NCBI GenBank assembly: GCA_049599475.1
Contig: JBMYOQ010000013.1
Span: 23,011 to 87,010 of the forward strand
Direction: 5' to 3'
DNA length: 64,000 nucleotides
Source: Opitutales bacterium
GTDB taxonomy: Bacteria; Verrucomicrobiota; Verrucomicrobiia; Opitutales; JABSRG01
The translations under genes and the position numbers were made by a program. Position 1 is the first letter of the stretch, and the number at the start of each line of letters is the position of its first letter. Below are positions 60,763 through 64,000 of this stretch, in pieces. Below the pieces are notes generated by a model that saw nothing but the letters and a program-made list of their open reading frames with translations, was not told the origin of the DNA and did no database searches.

Positions 60763-61260
60763 ATGGCTAGATACGAAGAGGCACTTAAAACAGGAAGACT
60801 GATAGTCAAACGGGTCAATTTGGTGGTTGGATACGACTGTCACTTCAACGGAATGCGAATTAAAGGAGACAAACGATATGATCCCTGGCCCACAGTCACA
60901 ATCGGAGACGGTTTCCACAGTGGCAAAAACTCTTCAATGCGTCTCGTCGATCACGACTGGAGAAACGGCTTACCTTATTCGGGCTGGGTGGGAAAAGACA
61001 TCGAAATTGGTGATTTCGTTTGGCTCGGCGAAGGTGTTACTGTTCTTAAAGGAGTAAAAATCGGGCATGGAGCCATTATTCAATATGGCAGTGTAGTCGT
61101 CTCAGACATACCCGAATGCGCGATAGCCGGGGGACACCCAGCAAAACCTTTTTCAAGTCGCGACAAAGAGGATTTCTACAGGCGATACGAGGCTTACAAA
61201 GAAATGAAAGCAGCAAAGCTGGCTGCGGGCGAAGAACCCGACAGAATGAGGACACGTTAA
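60763..61260 (+). CDS. Hexapeptide-repeat O-acyltransferase
   Basis: IEIGDFVWLG, GVKIGHGAII, GGHPAK. Confidence 0.85.
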   Translation: MARYEEALKTGRLIVKRVNLVVGYDCHFNGMRIKGDKRYDPWPTVTIGDGFHSGKNSSMRLVDHDWRNGLPYSGWVGKDIEIGDFVWLGEGVTVLKGVKIGHGAIIQYGSVVVSDIPECAIAGGHPAKPFSSRDKEDFYRRYEAYKEMKAAKLAAGEEPDRMRTR

Positions 61261-61312
61261 ATCTCAGGTCCCCGAAAACCTATTGCAAAAGCACCTTAGG
61301 CTGAAACCGAAT

Positions 61313-62362
61313 ATGGGATTAGTAAACATCTCCGACATCTGTTTCGATGTGACTGGCGGCTGGACCGATCATTTCACAGTAACACTATTTGCAGACCATA
61401 CCGGAGACAACCCAGTTACCGGATTAGACGATGCAATTCTGAACGGGACATGCCTTATAAATCAGCAAAAGATTGGAATCCTGTTCAAGAAGAAGAATTC
61501 CGGTTCCTACAGCGCAAAGGTCACCCATGATCTCACTCGTGATTTCGTCGAAAGTTTAAAGATCTATTTAGCCTCTAATGAGCGTCATGAACCTATAGAA
61601 ATTAAGCCCCTGAACGAAGGAAATCACCACTTGATTTTTACACATTCAGAAGAAAAGGCCCATCAGACAATACGACGAAGAAAAGGGCTAAAAAATGGGA
61701 AAAGGCAGCAGCTGATGGCAGCACTCCAATCTTACCTATGGGCAAGAAAGACTAATAATGTCCCTGCACAAGCGACGGCTATATGTTCTCGCGCCTACCG
61801 GTTTTGCGATATACCTAATAAAGTAAGAATCAATGATATCAGGCGATTAGCAGAGGACAGTACCCACTTTCTCAATTCAGTTGAAATGGGCCCCAAAGAG
61901 ATCGCGAGATGGTATCCATCTGTCCTTATTTCGTGCGGACAAGCTTTTCTGATCACTGGCTCCCAGAAAAAAGCGATAAAATATCTAATGGAAGCCTCAA
62001 ATAGGTTCGACAAGATTCATGAAGCTCCCATCTCCGCTTATAACGTCTCTTTAGCAAACTGCCTATTGAGCTACTTTTTCTGGAAAACAGGAGATAAGCG
62101 CTTCAAGAAAATCGCAAGGAGATGGGAAACTATTTTCCAAGACTGTGTGAAACATATGAACATTCGCTTTGGAACAATTTACGAATTTGGCCGGATTTAT
62201 GAAGCCCTTTTCCTGAATTACCGGATGCTCCTATGCCACGAAAAGCATGAAGACAGGAGATTAAAAGAACCCGAATGCGAAGAGGTCCTCAGGGCGTGTA
62301 TACGCTCGAAATTCTCTCCATCAATTTGGGAGTCTCTAAAAAATCACTACGATATCTTCTAA
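61313..62362 (+). CDS. Hypothetical protein
   Basis: Long ORF (about 350 aa) co-oriented with the locus; no recognised motif; start uncertain. Confidence 0.55.
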   Translation: MGLVNISDICFDVTGGWTDHFTVTLFADHTGDNPVTGLDDAILNGTCLINQQKIGILFKKKNSGSYSAKVTHDLTRDFVESLKIYLASNERHEPIEIKPLNEGNHHLIFTHSEEKAHQTIRRRKGLKNGKRQQLMAALQSYLWARKTNNVPAQATAICSRAYRFCDIPNKVRINDIRRLAEDSTHFLNSVEMGPKEIARWYPSVLISCGQAFLITGSQKKAIKYLMEASNRFDKIHEAPISAYNVSLANCLLSYFFWKTGDKRFKKIARRWETIFQDCVKHMNIRFGTIYEFGRIYEALFLNYRMLLCHEKHEDRRLKEPECEEVLRACIRSKFSPSIWESLKNHYDIF

Positions 62363-62971
62363 CTACCTAGCGATATAAAAGGCATCATGCCCATTATGTG
62401 CGAAAAGGCGAAAACCGGATTTCAGATATTGGTGCACCGGATGTTTTAAATGCTTTTCTACAGACATTCTAGACTCCAGACAGATACACCGAACTGAATA
62501 TTCTGAAAAGGAAAAGCTGCGCAGGACAGAAAGCTCAAACCCTTCGGTATCGATCGACAGAAAATCAATAACTTTCGGAGCGCCTTGAGCGGATAAAATA
62601 CTTTCAAGCCTTGAAACTTTAAGAGTCTCAACACCCAACAAATGCTTCTTCTGATTAACGTTCTCAGCAAGGCCATTCCACTGGGACTTGGCATACCTAT
62701 AATATTTGGCATCTCCCTCTTCTTCAGCAATAGCACTACAGCAAAAGGAGTCCGCTCCTCGAAAACGCTTGTATAGAGCCTCGAACTCAGAGTTAGGGTC
62801 AATGTTTAGCACTCGAGCGCCAAGCTCATAAAACAGATACGTGTTATTGAAATCGATTGGGTGATGGCATCCGACATCGACACAATACCACTTCGAGAAA
62901 TCATCCCTTTTAAAGCGATTGCGGATGACTAAATCTTGACCTAGTTGGGAAAAGGTTCTTGTAGGTTTCAA
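62363..62971 (-). CDS. FkbM-family methyltransferase
   Basis: FSQLGQD, VDVGCHHP, NTY, IDFLSIDTEGFE. Confidence 0.9.
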   Translation of the reverse strand: MKPTRTFSQLGQDLVIRNRFKRDDFSKWYCVDVGCHHPIDFNNTYLFYELGARVLNIDPNSEFEALYKRFRGADSFCCSAIAEEEGDAKYYRYAKSQWNGLAENVNQKKHLLGVETLKVSRLESILSAQGAPKVIDFLSIDTEGFELSVLRSFSFSEYSVRCICLESRMSVEKHLKHPVHQYLKSGFRLFAHNGHDAFYIAR

Positions 62972-63123
62972 CGGAATAAAAAATCGAGAGTTCTAATATT
63001 GCTGACAGTCTCTGTCTAATCGCTTTATATTCTTGTTCAAGCTCTTAAAAAACTAGAGTTGACCTAAAGTCATGTGTCCAAGAATTAGAAATAGAAAACG
63101 TGTAATAGGTAGCGCCAATCAAT

Positions 63124-64000
63124 ATGAATAATTCGGTAGATTCAACAGTCCACATCGGTCTTCATAAAACTGGCTCTACATCCATCCAGGCCTACTTACG
63201 AGACAACGAAGAGCATCTAAAAAACCAAGGTTATCTTTACCCGACAAAGAAAACCAAGAGTCACAATAACATAGCATTCGAACTAAATAAATCATCCCGA
63301 TTCGACGAAGGTCGAGAATCGATCAAATTCCTTAGGCGACAGATTTCAAAGAATCCTGAGAAACGGCTCATACTCAGCGCAGAATCCTTTAATAGTATTT
63401 CCAAGAAATCCATTGAGAGACTTATCAAACACCTTCCCGGCGAAGTCACTTGCATCGCCTATATCAGGCCTCAAGACGAGTTTTTGGAGTCGATATATGT
63501 CCAGCGACTCAAGACCGGTCGTGCAGATCTAGATTTCGAGTCCTTTCTACAAGAAATCAATTTCCTTAAGTTTGCCGATTATCGCAAAAAAATATTCCCG
63601 TGGATCGATGTTCTAGAAGATCGGGGAAAAGTAGTCCTCCGCTCTTATTCACGCCAGCACCTCCTGAACAACGATATTATATCTGACTTCCTCTCAATAC
63701 TAGGCATCGAGTTCCTTGAATTTAAAGAAATGCAGAACAACAGAAGCCCGGGCGAAACTGCTGCCGCATTCATGGTAAAATTCTGGCAAGAGGTTAACAG
63801 CCGTTTCACAGGGCTGACACCAGAAATGAAAGATAAACTCTTCGGGCCAAAACTAAGGAGCGCGATAGGTCAAAACTTTACAAACGATACATCTTTTTCT
63901 GGTTTCGATCATGAAGAACGATTAGCGATTCGAAGACTATTTTCGAATTCAAATCAGGAATTATTCAAGTCCGTAAATCAAAGCGTACCTGATTGGCCTA
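63124..64000 (+). CDS. Sulfotransferase-like P-loop protein (partial, runs off the window)
   Basis: Not in the ORF track; ATG at 63124 gives MNNSVDSTVHIGLHKTGSTSIQ...ILSAESF...YIRPQDEFLESIY. Confidence 0.75.
   Translation, partial: MNNSVDSTVHIGLHKTGSTSIQAYLRDNEEHLKNQGYLYPTKKTKSHNNIAFELNKSSRFDEGRESIKFLRRQISKNPEKRLILSAESFNSISKKSIERLIKHLPGEVTCIAYIRPQDEFLESIYVQRLKTGRADLDFESFLQEINFLKFADYRKKIFPWIDVLEDRGKVVLRSYSRQHLLNNDIISDFLSILGIEFLEFKEMQNNRSPGETAAAFMVKFWQEVNSRFTGLTPEMKDKLFGPKLRSAIGQNFTNDTSFSGFDHEERLAIRRLFSNSNQELFKSVNQSVPDWP

Noticed and set aside
1-64000. CRISPR arrays, tRNA/rRNA, IS elements, prophage or defence genes
   Set aside because: None recognised on reading; short or degenerate elements could have been missed without tools.

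Overview
Bacterial chromosomal window, probably Verrucomicrobiota (Opitutales-like). This is inferred from protein styles, starts lacking Shine-Dalgarno motifs and a C-terminal 'DPDxxGLSNLMEFALGGDP' surface-protein motif. No rRNA, tRNA, CRISPR array or transposase was seen. Left to right: (1) a cnrYXH-like ECF sigma/anti-sigma/metal-sensor unit with a TolC and a CusB-type adaptor; (2) a beta-barrel/Wza/Wzc export operon; (3) housekeeping genes; (4) an archaeal-type riboflavin-kinase-like gene divergent from a LOV histidine kinase, response regulator and MCP, next to crtI; (5) an OFA-MFS/pflB/pflA operon; (6) an ECF/FecR pair with a giant secreted glycan-type protein; (7) a Fur-boxed transcription unit of about 85 nt that looks like an iron-sparing sRNA; (8) hydrolases and core genes; (9) the start of a surface-polysaccharide locus. 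Best leads: the candidate Fur-regulated sRNA (37898-38015), twin ECF promoters driving apparently leaderless mRNAs (2494-2531, 3902-3939), the flavin kinase + LOV module (18836-24435), an NRS/ER-type rhamnose enzyme, and an aldolase-based keto-acid sugar pathway. All family calls come from motif recognition; no searches were run.
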